Part shown: piece after piece, positions 27,987 to 36,375 of the stretch
Numbering within the stretch: the first letter of the stretch is position 1
Layout of the letters: every line of letters begins with the position of its first letter
IMG/VR virus record: IMGVR_UViG_3300045988_117041
Direction: 5' to 3' (one strand)
Source of the DNA: a virus
DNA length: 64,000 nt
Translations under genes and position numbers: made by a program
The notes under the pieces: model-generated
Told to the model about the DNA's origin: nothing
What the model saw: only the letters and a program-made list of their open reading frames with translations
The model's database searches: none

Positions 27987-28886
27987 ATGGCGATTTATGT
28001 ATCTAAGGCACCGTTAGCCTATCCAATCATTCAGAAGGTCACAGACGAGCATTTTAAGTGGCTGGATTATTGCGAGAAAGACTACCAGAAATATTTAGGA
28101 ACCTATGATAACCCAGAAGATTATCAGCAACACGCCGGGGACGGCAATATGACTGTGTTTGCTAAACTGTACAAAGAGAAGACAGGTATTGATGTACAGG
28201 GACAGCCATGGTGTGACAGTTATCAAGACACTGTACTGATTCATCTGTTTGGTGTTGATAAAGCAAAGCAGTTATTAGGTGGTTTTAGTGCTTATACACC
28301 TACCAGTGTGAATTTTTTTAAACAGATAGGAAGATGGTTCAAAGACCCTAATGTCGGTGTACAGGTTTTCTTTAAGAACAGTACACGTATATACCATGTA
28401 GGATATGTGTACGATTGGGACGAAAAATATATTTACACCATTGAAGGTAACACGTCTTCTGCACCGGGAGTTATTGCAAATGGCGGGTGTGTTGCTAAAA
28501 AGAAGTATTTAAGAACAGACCCCAAAATTGCAGGTTACGGATTCCCAGACTATTCTATTGTGAATGTGTTTGAAGAAGGTTGGGTACGTGCCGCAGACGG
28601 TGTACGCTGGTGGTATCAGACCAGAGAGGGCAAATATCCTGCAAACGTGTGGTGTATTATCAATCACCACTGGTATCTGTTTGACAAAGAAGGTTATATG
28701 CTCACTAACTGGCACACATGGGACGGGAAGAATTGTGATGTACCGGGTGATGAAAACTGGTACTTCCTTGAAACTTCCACTAAACACAACCTTGAAGGTG
28801 CTATGTACGGTCAAAGACCAGATAGCGCAGTTGGTCTTTTATCCCCGCTTTACGTTAGTGACAGTAACTTGATTCCTGTCCCTTAG
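27987..28886 (+). CDS. Endolysin: CHAP/NlpC-P60-type peptidase plus cell-wall-binding repeats
   Basis: GQPWCDSY (Cys) and IYHVGYVY...TIEGNTS (His and the EGNT motif). The C-terminus has aromatic W-rich repeats (WWYQTREGKY..., HHWYLFDKEGYMLTNW, NWYFLE). Confidence 0.7.
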   Translation: MAIYVSKAPLAYPIIQKVTDEHFKWLDYCEKDYQKYLGTYDNPEDYQQHAGDGNMTVFAKLYKEKTGIDVQGQPWCDSYQDTVLIHLFGVDKAKQLLGGFSAYTPTSVNFFKQIGRWFKDPNVGVQVFFKNSTRIYHVGYVYDWDEKYIYTIEGNTSSAPGVIANGGCVAKKKYLRTDPKIAGYGFPDYSIVNVFEEGWVRAADGVRWWYQTREGKYPANVWCIINHHWYLFDKEGYMLTNWHTWDGKNCDVPGDENWYFLETSTKHNLEGAMYGQRPDSAVGLLSPLYVSDSNLIPVP

Positions 28887-29003
28887 AAATACCCGCTGTG
28901 CGCGGGCGTGAGGCATAATTTATATAAATATATTTAATACACATAACACATATTAAATATTTTATATATTTATTCTTTTCTTTGTAACACTTTCTTTTCT
29001 TAA

Positions 29004-29029
29004 GCCCGGTCTAACCCACCGGGTTTTTG
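29004..29029 (+). terminator. Terminator closing the late/lysis operon
   Basis: GCCCGGT pairs with ACCGGGT, followed by TTTT. Confidence 0.6.
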
Positions 29030-29030
29030 T

Positions 29031-29059
29031 TTGCAATAAAATCGGTTCAGTGTTACACT
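29031..29059 (+). promoter_or_regulatory. Sigma-A-type promoter of the helicase gene
   Basis: TTGCAA, 17-nt spacer, TGtTACACT. Confidence 0.45.
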
Positions 29060-29089
29060 ATATCCAAAACTAAAACGAGAGGTGACGAA

Positions 29090-31738
29090 GTGTTAAAAGT
29101 AAAACCCGTAGGAAAAGAAAGACACTTATATTTATCAGAGTGCGCGACATTAACAAACCCCACCAAGAAAGAAGTAAAATCAATTAAATCGGCAACCACC
29201 TTTACGAATCCAGCATATGAGCGGGCAAAGAAATATACTCATTACACGTCCTATAAGATTCCCCAAACACTATGCTTTAGTAGTGTAGGTTATTTTAGAG
29301 GTGTTCCAGCTATCAGATTCCCTATAGGTCTTAGATTTGAGGTATCAGAAGACAGACCGATACATAAGGTCATAGACTACAGGGTGTTTGAAAAACCAAA
29401 ACATAGACCGCCAGAGTTTAAATTAACTTTGCGGGAAGACCAAGAAAGAGCGTTGCTACAGTACGTGAGTATAAACGCATGGCAAGAAAAACAGCCTTGT
29501 GGTCTTGTACAGTTGCCGACCGGGAAAGGAAAGACTATATTATCTTTAGCGATAGTGAATGAGTTTAAGTTAAAGACGTTAGTCATAGTGCACACCAATG
29601 GTCTTGTTAAAGCCTGGACTGACGATATAAAGAAAGCCTTTGACGGTAAAGTTGTGCCGGGTCTTATAAAAGCTAAAAGCAAGACTGTAGGGGACTATAT
29701 AACCATAGCAACCATACAGACGCTTAATAACATACCAGAGGACGAATTAGAGACCTTATTTGATACCTTTGGGCTTATTATACAGGACGAGTGCTTGGTT
29801 GGTGATACCTTAATCACCATGCAAGACGGTTCATATAAACCCATTAGAGACATTAAAAACGGGGATAAAGTTGCTGTAGGCGGCACCGTTAGTAATGTGT
29901 TTAGTAGGAAGTCTGAGATATACGAATTAGTATGTAGACATTCCACTATAAAAGGTAGTCCTACACACAAGACATGGTGTGTTAAAAAGAAAAACGATAA
30001 ACACAATTACTATAGTAAGGAAGACCTTGTACTACTTCCTCTAAAAGACATAACCAAGGACTATTTAATACCTGTTAGGATAGAAGAACCAATAAAGAAA
30101 TCTAACACTTTAGGCAGTAATTTATGTGCTTTTATCGCACTCATAATCTGTAGTGGACACATAGATAAAAAAAGTAATCGGGTTGTTGTAAATGTATCAA
30201 AAAACACTGACTTCTATAGAAGTGTATTTGAAGAAGGGTGTAAGTGTTTTGGTGTTACTGCAAGTACCAGTTATGATTGCCGAGGAAACTTAAGAATGTG
30301 GACAAACAACGTAGATATAAGATATTTTCTTGAAACCACTATGAATATAAACAAAGGTAAAAAGAACAATGTTGTTAGTGTCCCACGCTGGATACTTAAT
30401 GCGTCAAACACAGAGGTTAAATCATTTATAGAAACGTGTTTTAACTGTAGCGGTGATTTACAGGAAAACAAAGCAATGCACTTTAACTGCGCGTCACAAT
30501 CGTTTTCTATGGGACTTGTGTTATTACTTAAAAGGTTTGGTGTATTAAGCACTATTCACTGTGTTAATAAACGTAAAGGTGTTAAAATTCAATACCGTGT
30601 TACTGTAGGAGGTAAGAACTTTAATAAGTTTATGGACACATTTAATCTGCTGTCCTATAAAATGACCGATAGCAGAAATACAGGTAAACACACGTTCAAT
30701 AACAGATATGCGGGTAACTACTTTCTTAGTGATGTAGTAAGTTGTAAGTCTTTAGGTTACACAGAGGACGTATATGATTTCACTGTGAGTAAAGATAACC
30801 ATAGTTTTATAGCAAATGGCGTTCTAACTCATAATTGCCATCACTGCCCTAGTACAAGCTATGAGTTAGTGAATAGGTTCAGAGCCACCTATAGATTAGG
30901 TCTCACAGCAACACCAGAAAGAAATGACGGTCTCACATTCTTAATGACTTTATATTTTGGCGGGTTCTGTTATGAGTACAACAAAGAGTTGCAAAAAGAC
31001 CAGAAGAAAGACAAAGACATTTTACCATTTGAGGTGATACACCGGGCCATGAAATATTCTTTCACACCTATGCTACGTCCTGTAGGTCAGAGAGGGTATA
31101 AAGTATTGCCGTTTAATTATCCCGTGAATAAATATGGCCCGGAAGATATACCTATTGATTCCATACCTTATAGAGACAGACCGAAAGTAAAGTACAACGA
31201 GGTATCAGACCTCGTGATGTTAGATGAAAATAATATTAAACAGGTGTTACATGATGTATATACAGAAGGTGTTATCAATAACCGTAGCTGTGTGGTGTTT
31301 TTTACCAGTCGTGTGCACTGTGAACACTATTTCCAGAAGTTCAAAGAAATGGTGACACACACTACTAGGTATACGTCCGGGAATACAAAGTTTAGTAATA
31401 TAGCACAGTTATACACAGGTGCTACCAAAGATGATGAAACATGTTTAAAACGTGCAATAAACCGGGAAGTAATAATTACCTTTACCACCTTTGGTAAAAG
31501 CACAGAAGGGACTAATATACCGTGTTTAGAAGTAGCGTTTTTAGTTACTTCCATTAATGACGGTAAGAACACCGAACAGGCCATAGGACGTATTCGCCGT
31601 AAGTGTGACACATACCATAAATTAGGGCGCGTAAGAGTGTATGACTATGACTATAACAAAGTGTATATGTTGAGGTCTCATTACAGAACACGTCTTGAAA
31701 GGTATAAGACCTTGAAAGGTAGAATCATTGATGTATAA
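29090..31738 (+). CDS. SF2 DNA helicase (DExH box), interrupted by an intein
   Basis: Motif I LPTGKGKT. Motif II IIQDE|intein|CHH. Motif III GLTATPERNDG. GTG 29090 follows GAGAGG; the track start at 29027 overlaps the terminator and promoter. Confidence 0.8.
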   Translation: MLKVKPVGKERHLYLSECATLTNPTKKEVKSIKSATTFTNPAYERAKKYTHYTSYKIPQTLCFSSVGYFRGVPAIRFPIGLRFEVSEDRPIHKVIDYRVFEKPKHRPPEFKLTLREDQERALLQYVSINAWQEKQPCGLVQLPTGKGKTILSLAIVNEFKLKTLVIVHTNGLVKAWTDDIKKAFDGKVVPGLIKAKSKTVGDYITIATIQTLNNIPEDELETLFDTFGLIIQDECLVGDTLITMQDGSYKPIRDIKNGDKVAVGGTVSNVFSRKSEIYELVCRHSTIKGSPTHKTWCVKKKNDKHNYYSKEDLVLLPLKDITKDYLIPVRIEEPIKKSNTLGSNLCAFIALIICSGHIDKKSNRVVVNVSKNTDFYRSVFEEGCKCFGVTASTSYDCRGNLRMWTNNVDIRYFLETTMNINKGKKNNVVSVPRWILNASNTEVKSFIETCFNCSGDLQENKAMHFNCASQSFSMGLVLLLKRFGVLSTIHCVNKRKGVKIQYRVTVGGKNFNKFMDTFNLLSYKMTDSRNTGKHTFNNRYAGNYFLSDVVSCKSLGYTEDVYDFTVSKDNHSFIANGVLTHNCHHCPSTSYELVNRFRATYRLGLTATPERNDGLTFLMTLYFGGFCYEYNKELQKDQKKDKDILPFEVIHRAMKYSFTPMLRPVGQRGYKVLPFNYPVNKYGPEDIPIDSIPYRDRPKVKYNEVSDLVMLDENNIKQVLHDVYTEGVINNRSCVVFFTSRVHCEHYFQKFKEMVTHTTRYTSGNTKFSNIAQLYTGATKDDETCLKRAINREVIITFTTFGKSTEGTNIPCLEVAFLVTSINDGKNTEQAIGRIRRKCDTYHKLGRVRVYDYDYNKVYMLRSHYRTRLERYKTLKGRIIDV
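29792..30835 (+). mobile_element. Intein (348 aa) with a LAGLIDADG-like endonuclease domain in helicase motif II
   Basis: Block A CLVGDTLITMQDGSYKPIRDI. Block B GSPTHKTW. Blocks F/G VYDFTVSKDNHSFIANGVLTHN, then +1 Cys. The exteins rejoin to DECHH. Confidence 0.8.
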
Positions 31739-31749
31739 ATATGTTCGTA

Positions 31750-31778
31750 TTGACTAATACTTACAATAAAGATATAAT
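31750..31778 (+). promoter_or_regulatory. Sigma-A consensus-like promoter
   Basis: TTGACT, 17-nt spacer, TATAAT. A second TATAAT lies at 31788-31793. Confidence 0.55.
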
Positions 31779-31809
31779 TAACGTTAGTATAATTTAAGGA
31801 GGTAAAATT

Positions 31810-32295
31810 GTGGCATTAAGCATAAGGGACATAAAAAGACAGACCTTAGAAGGTAAAGTAGCACGTTACGACCAGATAAGGTCACAGATGAAAGCACTCA
31901 GCGAGGAAAAAGACGAATTGTCCAAAGAGATTAAAGAGTTTGCGTCCAAAGAGGGTGTTAAAGATTCCTCCGGGTCTTATTACTGTGACAATGACGGGTT
32001 TGTGTTCGGCAGTGTTGCAAAGACCGTGAGAAAGATAAACCAGGAGAAAGCGATTGCCTTTTTTAAAGAAATGGGTTATTTAAGGTGTATCAAGAAAGTA
32101 GAAGTTGTCAATGAAGCCATGGTAGAAAGATACCTTGATGAAGGTAAGTTGACTGTAGAAGACCTGGAAGACATAACAGACAGCACAACAACCTACAGTG
32201 TTTCAGTAACACGCAAGGAAGAAATGCCAGAGGTTGAACAGACCTCTTTCTCCATGGCGGCGTCCAGAAAACCAAAGTTAAGAGTAAGGAGGTAA
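31810..32295 (+). CDS. Possible Mu Gam-like host-nuclease inhibitor
   Basis: 161 aa, GTG start after AAGGAGG. N-terminal coiled coil, then ...AIAFFKEMGYLRCIKKVEVVNEAMVERYL, which loosely resembles the Gam C-terminal region. Confidence 0.3.
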   Translation: MALSIRDIKRQTLEGKVARYDQIRSQMKALSEEKDELSKEIKEFASKEGVKDSSGSYYCDNDGFVFGSVAKTVRKINQEKAIAFFKEMGYLRCIKKVEVVNEAMVERYLDEGKLTVEDLEDITDSTTTYSVSVTRKEEMPEVEQTSFSMAASRKPKLRVRR

Positions 32296-32300
32296 TGTAT

Positions 32301-32636
32301 ATGCCATTCAAAGGGCCTGTCAAAGTTAAAGTACCGTCTGGTGAAGTAGTGAATTGCTACTATTTATATGAGTTAGCAGAGAGACTAGGTAGACAGTCCC
32401 AGACAGTGAGAAAGTGGGAGATTGCAGGGACTATACCACAAAGCGGGTTCCGTGATAAATTTAATTGCCGTCTGTATTCCGAGGAACAAATGCAGATTAT
32501 AATTGAAGAAGCGGAACGCGCCCATTTAAGACCGGGTAGACACCCCGCACACACTACGTTTGCTATGCATGTAAGTAGACGCATGAAGGAGTTATCAGAC
32601 CGTTACATGACACCAAAGAAAAGTGTTGCGGTATGA
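32301..32636 (+). CDS. MerR/excisionase-type helix-turn-helix DNA-binding protein
   Basis: YLYELAERLGRQSQTVRKWEIAGTIP...RLYSEEQMQII fits a MerR-like HTH. Confidence 0.5.
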   Translation: MPFKGPVKVKVPSGEVVNCYYLYELAERLGRQSQTVRKWEIAGTIPQSGFRDKFNCRLYSEEQMQIIIEEAERAHLRPGRHPAHTTFAMHVSRRMKELSDRYMTPKKSVAV

Positions 32637-32662
32637 AATAAAGTAGAAGGGAAAGAATAAGT

Positions 32663-33121
32663 ATGAAATTTAAAGAAGCATATAGACTTATGAGAGAAGA
32701 CAAGAAAGTGAAGTTGCCTAGCTGGTCTGGATTTTGGTGTTGGGATAAAAACAAAGAAAGTATTATCATGCACACTAAAGAAGGAGAAGTGTTAGACATA
32801 CGAGACACCAAGAACGTAGGGTATACACTTACGAATATCTTTAGTGATGAATGGGAAGAAGCAACACCAATAAACACCCCGCTGATTGGCGGTTCATTAG
32901 CAATGTCATTTGAAACGGCATTAATGTTAATGAAGTGTAAGAAACGTCCTATGAGAAGAAACACCTGGGAAGACGGGACGTATATTATTACATGGGACAG
33001 TGCAGAAGGACCGAGACTTAAAAAGACTACGGATAAATCATGTAGCTTTAAAGTATATACACCAACACAAGAAGATATGTTCACAGATGATTGGACATAT
33101 TTTGTACACAAGGAGGACTAA
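32663..33121 (+). CDS. Tandem DUF2829 (Tad2-like) protein
   Basis: Two copies of the DUF2829 pattern: MKFKEAYRLMREDKKVKLPSWSG...FSDEWEEA and MSFETALMLMKCKKRPMRRNTWEDG...FTDDWTYF. Confidence 0.55.
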   Translation: MKFKEAYRLMREDKKVKLPSWSGFWCWDKNKESIIMHTKEGEVLDIRDTKNVGYTLTNIFSDEWEEATPINTPLIGGSLAMSFETALMLMKCKKRPMRRNTWEDGTYIITWDSAEGPRLKKTTDKSCSFKVYTPTQEDMFTDDWTYFVHKED

Positions 33122-33124
33122 ACA

Positions 33125-33445
33125 ATGAAAGTACCTGTTAAGAAAAAGACTGAGGATAAGGTGAAGAAAAGCATTAAGCAATTAAATGCACCAAACCTTA
33201 CACCAGAGGAAACAGAAGCACTTGAAGATATGTTACAGGAGACAGAACCCAGTGAGGTTCCTATTGACCGTCTTAATAAAGTGGTCGAGTTTGTGTTTAA
33301 CCGTTTCAATCTGCAAGACAAGGACTATCAAATTGATTCTTATGCAGAGAAGAATGGTAAGGTGAAATTGAGTGTTAGTAATCCGCAGTACACCGTGGCT
33401 GTTACAATCAATGACCGGGAAGAACACCCAGAACTTATGTATTAA
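33125..33445 (+). CDS. Hypothetical protein
   Basis: 106 aa with SD AAGGAGG. Confidence 0.55.
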   Translation: MKVPVKKKTEDKVKKSIKQLNAPNLTPEETEALEDMLQETEPSEVPIDRLNKVVEFVFNRFNLQDKDYQIDSYAEKNGKVKLSVSNPQYTVAVTINDREEHPELMY

Positions 33446-33460
33446 CAAAGGGGAATACGC

Positions 33461-33634
33461 ATGGCTGTAAAAGTGATTGAGTATGGCAGAAGAAGGATAC
33501 GTTGTCCAGAGTGTCTTTCTATGCTAGAGTTTGAAAAGAACGATATAAAAACAGTGCAAACAGGAATGAACGAGTACGAAAAGGTGATTGAGTGCCCTAA
33601 CTGTGAAGCACAAATAGTAGTGAAGGAGCGTTGA
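33461..33634 (+). CDS. Small zinc-ribbon protein (not in the ORF track, under 60 aa)
   Basis: 57 aa, MAVKVIEYGRRRIRCPECLS...IECPNCEAQIVVKER, with SD GGGGA. Confidence 0.5.
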   Translation: MAVKVIEYGRRRIRCPECLSMLEFEKNDIKTVQTGMNEYEKVIECPNCEAQIVVKER

Positions 33635-33636
33635 AA

Positions 33637-33978
33637 GTGAAAAGAAAGTTAAGCAACCCACAGTTAAGAACACAGACACAGAAGAATGTAAGAAAAGGTA
33701 ACACCACCGTAACCAGAAAGCGTGACGGTATAGAAGATTTAATAGAAAAAGGTGCTGTAGCAGAACTTCCTATTAAGAGACAGTCCAACACAGAACCACT
33801 TGTCGGTATGAGTAAGGGTATCACCAAGAATATGCAGAACTATGAAAGCCTGCGACTGGACGTGTGGTATAGTGATGTTGTCAGAAAAGGTGAAACACCA
33901 CAAGACGCATTACAGCGTGTAGAAGCGGTTATAGATACCGTCCTTGAAAACACTGTAGCGTACTATCTGGACGATTGA
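33637..33978 (+). CDS. Hypothetical basic protein
   Basis: GTG 33637 lies 8 nt after GAAGGAG. Confidence 0.5.
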   Translation: MKRKLSNPQLRTQTQKNVRKGNTTVTRKRDGIEDLIEKGAVAELPIKRQSNTEPLVGMSKGITKNMQNYESLRLDVWYSDVVRKGETPQDALQRVEAVIDTVLENTVAYYLDD

Positions 33979-33989
33979 GAGGTGTACCC

Positions 33990-34187
33990 ATGAAATACTC
34001 CGATAAAGTGTTAGATGGTGTTAAAAGACTACTCTGGTGCGATTTACACACTATCAACGTTAAGAGACAGAGAGCAGAAAAGCAGGACAACAAAGAACTT
34101 GCTAAAATGTACAAAGACCAGGGAGAATTGATAGCCACACTCATTGCCAATACACCTGGGCTACAGGATAAATTAGGCCAGTCATAA
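33990..34187 (+). CDS. Hypothetical protein
   Basis: 65 aa. ATG 33990 follows GAGAGG. Confidence 0.5.
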   Translation: MKYSDKVLDGVKRLLWCDLHTINVKRQRAEKQDNKELAKMYKDQGELIATLIANTPGLQDKLGQS

Positions 34188-34202
34188 GACTGGTCTTCTT
34201 TT
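34177..34202 (+). terminator. Rho-independent terminator
   Basis: CCAGTC, loop ATAA, GACTGG, then TCTTCTTTT. The stop codon lies in the loop. Confidence 0.6.
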
Positions 34203-34269
34203 GACCTTATATGTGTTTATGTGTTAAAATGCTAATATAATAAATAAGTGTGAGAGAGGGGAATTAAAT

Positions 34270-34857
34270 ATGAACGACATTGACGGTCTTTTGAGCGAGT
34301 TTAGAAATGCCAGAGGACAGGAGTTAAAGCCGCCCCAAAAGAATGATGGTGTTGTAAACAGCGTACACGCTGAGTATGACAAGGGTAAGACACATTCCGC
34401 AAGCAAGTGGTATAATCATTTTCTTGCACTGTATGACGATATGGAAAACACCATAGACGATTGGACAGTAAGAGACTTAATGTACTACTTCCGGGAAAAA
34501 TCCCGTGAGAATGGGTGTAACTATGTTATACACAACATGAAACGTGATATGGGAATCTTCAAGACACTATGTAGTAATTTTAGTAACCGGGACATAGTGT
34601 TGATGATTGAATTTCTGTATGAGAGCGGGCAAAAGTATTTATCATTAGACACCCTACAACCTACGGTGTTATCAAGTAATTGGGTTATTACTATTCAGCG
34701 TGACGCACACTTGTGGTTAGACGATAAGTTTGACCCGGACAAGAAGAACGTTGATAAAAAGAAACCTTCCTTATATAATAAGAAAGCAACACCTTCCAGA
34801 GAGTACACAAAGCCAAACACTGGAAAGAGTAAAGTTAGAATAGGAGCGTGGAAGTAG
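34270..34857 (+). CDS. Hypothetical protein, possible replication organiser (by position only)
   Basis: 195 aa, directly upstream of the helicase-loader gene. Confidence 0.35.
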   Translation: MNDIDGLLSEFRNARGQELKPPQKNDGVVNSVHAEYDKGKTHSASKWYNHFLALYDDMENTIDDWTVRDLMYYFREKSRENGCNYVIHNMKRDMGIFKTLCSNFSNRDIVLMIEFLYESGQKYLSLDTLQPTVLSSNWVITIQRDAHLWLDDKFDPDKKNVDKKKPSLYNKKATPSREYTKPNTGKSKVRIGAWK

Positions 34858-35480
34858 TGAGACCGAGAAGAACAAGTTACAAACAGTCAAGTCTTTTGAT
34901 GGTGGGTATTCCTAAAAAATTCTGTGAGTGCACACTAAAAGACTACAACACCTTTGGGTCTACAGACTTAGTGGCATTGAAAGACTACATTAGATTTTAC
35001 ATTGAGAATGTAGAAGACACTTTCAAAGAGTGCCATGGTCTTTATATGTACGGTAGTAACGGTGTGGGTAAGACTATGTTAGCGTCTATTATTTTACGTG
35101 AAGCATTTATGTGTCGTTTCACTGTTAGAAGGTGCACATTTGCTGATTATATCGCAGAGTACACCAGAGCGTGGTCTTGTACCGGGAAAGACGAAAAAGA
35201 CGCAATGGAAGATAACCTGTTTACATACTACAAGGGTGTTGAGTTCCTTGTGTTAGAAGAAGTGGGGAAAGAGATTGACACAAAGATAGCGCGACCGATA
35301 TTAGAAGACCTTTTGAGGTATAGAGAAGAAAAGGGCCTTGTAACCATCATGTGTTCCAACATAACCCCGGAGGACTTCTTTGAGAGATATGGTAACAGTA
35401 TAATGTCTTTAATGCAAGGTAACATGACCCCTATCGAGATTGTAGGGAAAGACCGCCGAGAAGTTAAAGACCACTATTAA
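34857..35480 (+). CDS. DnaC/IstB-like AAA+ helicase loader
   Basis: Walker A YGSNGVGKTMLA and Walker B FLVLEEVG. The GTG start overlaps the upstream TAG stop by 1 nt. Confidence 0.65.
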   Translation: MRPRRTSYKQSSLLMVGIPKKFCECTLKDYNTFGSTDLVALKDYIRFYIENVEDTFKECHGLYMYGSNGVGKTMLASIILREAFMCRFTVRRCTFADYIAEYTRAWSCTGKDEKDAMEDNLFTYYKGVEFLVLEEVGKEIDTKIARPILEDLLRYREEKGLVTIMCSNITPEDFFERYGNSIMSLMQGNMTPIEIVGKDRREVKDHY

Positions 35481-35491
35481 GGAGGAAAGCA

Positions 35492-35851
35492 GTGTTAAAG
35501 CTGAAAGTAAGAAAGAAGGTCTCCGAGACAAAACCGAACACGCATGACTGGGAGTTAATATCCAGTCTTGCAAGACAAATGGTAGATATTGAGCGGGAGA
35601 TAAACACCCTCAAAGAGCAGTACAACGAGGTCAGAAAGCAGTTAGCGTGTGCGAAGTACAACAACCTGCAATTAGGCAAGAAGTACAGTTACAGGACAGA
35701 CAAGAGTGTTGTAGAGGGTATATTAAGATACCGCACCACCTATGACAATCGAAACGAATACTTTGAGTTGCAGGTGGTGAAGAAAGACGGTCTGATAGGT
35801 GAAGTAGTCCGCGTAGTGTTAAACCCGGACGACCTCACTTTGGTAGAGTAG
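35492..35851 (+). CDS. Hypothetical protein
   Basis: 119 aa, GTG start after AAGGAGG. Confidence 0.55.
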   Translation: MLKLKVRKKVSETKPNTHDWELISSLARQMVDIEREINTLKEQYNEVRKQLACAKYNNLQLGKKYSYRTDKSVVEGILRYRTTYDNRNEYFELQVVKKDGLIGEVVRVVLNPDDLTLVE

Positions 35852-35852
35852 T

Positions 35853-35881
35853 TTGTGGCACACAAATAAATATGATATAAT
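35853..35881 (+). promoter_or_regulatory. Sigma-A-type promoter
   Basis: TTGTGG, 17-nt spacer, TGaTATAAT. Followed by the 8-bp hairpin AGCGCATA/TATGCGCT at 35882-35911. Confidence 0.45.
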
Positions 35882-35941
35882 AGCGCATAGTGCAAACAAC
35901 CATTATGCGCTAAAATTTTACATAGAGAGAAGGTGTTATAA

Positions 35942-36370
35942 TTGTTACATGGAGACATATCTAACCAGTCCGGCACAACCATAGCGTTCCGCTGTGAAGA
36001 CTTCCTTATTAAGTTTCACAATGACACACTGACTGATAAAGTGGTTACTTTCTTTGCGGGTAAAGAAAAACGAGCGGAGGTAGATAACAAAGTGTTAAGT
36101 GTCATGGAACACTTGTACAGAAACACAGAGTACAACGTGGACTTAGTGATTGAGAGAAAGAACTACACAGATAAGCTAAAATCTATGGTGGAAGATATGC
36201 CCTGTAGTCGTGTGGTGTTGATTGATAATCTCAATAACATAGGGTCACGTATTTTAGTAGGTGATTTAAGTTACTATGTTGATGATGATTATGAACGTAG
36301 GCGGCAGATAAATAGCAACTATGCAGTGACGCTAAACGAACTTAGAAGTATGACAAGAATAGGACGGTAA
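35942..36370 (+). CDS. Hypothetical protein
   Basis: 142 aa, TTG start after GAGAAGG. Confidence 0.5.
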   Translation: MLHGDISNQSGTTIAFRCEDFLIKFHNDTLTDKVVTFFAGKEKRAEVDNKVLSVMEHLYRNTEYNVDLVIERKNYTDKLKSMVEDMPCSRVVLIDNLNNIGSRILVGDLSYYVDDDYERRRQINSNYAVTLNELRSMTRIGR

Positions 36371-36375
36371 TCGTT

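Noticed and set aside
28564-28872. A plus-strand ORF overlapping the endolysin C-terminus in another frame.
   Set aside because: It has no SD. The endolysin frame carries recognisable cell-wall-binding repeats across the same bases.
29027-29089. Track start codons at 29027 (helicase), 27787, 44382, 50277 and 55915.
   Set aside because: These upstream starts fall inside terminator stems or -35/-10 promoter elements and lack SD sequences. Downstream in-frame starts with good SD sequences were preferred.
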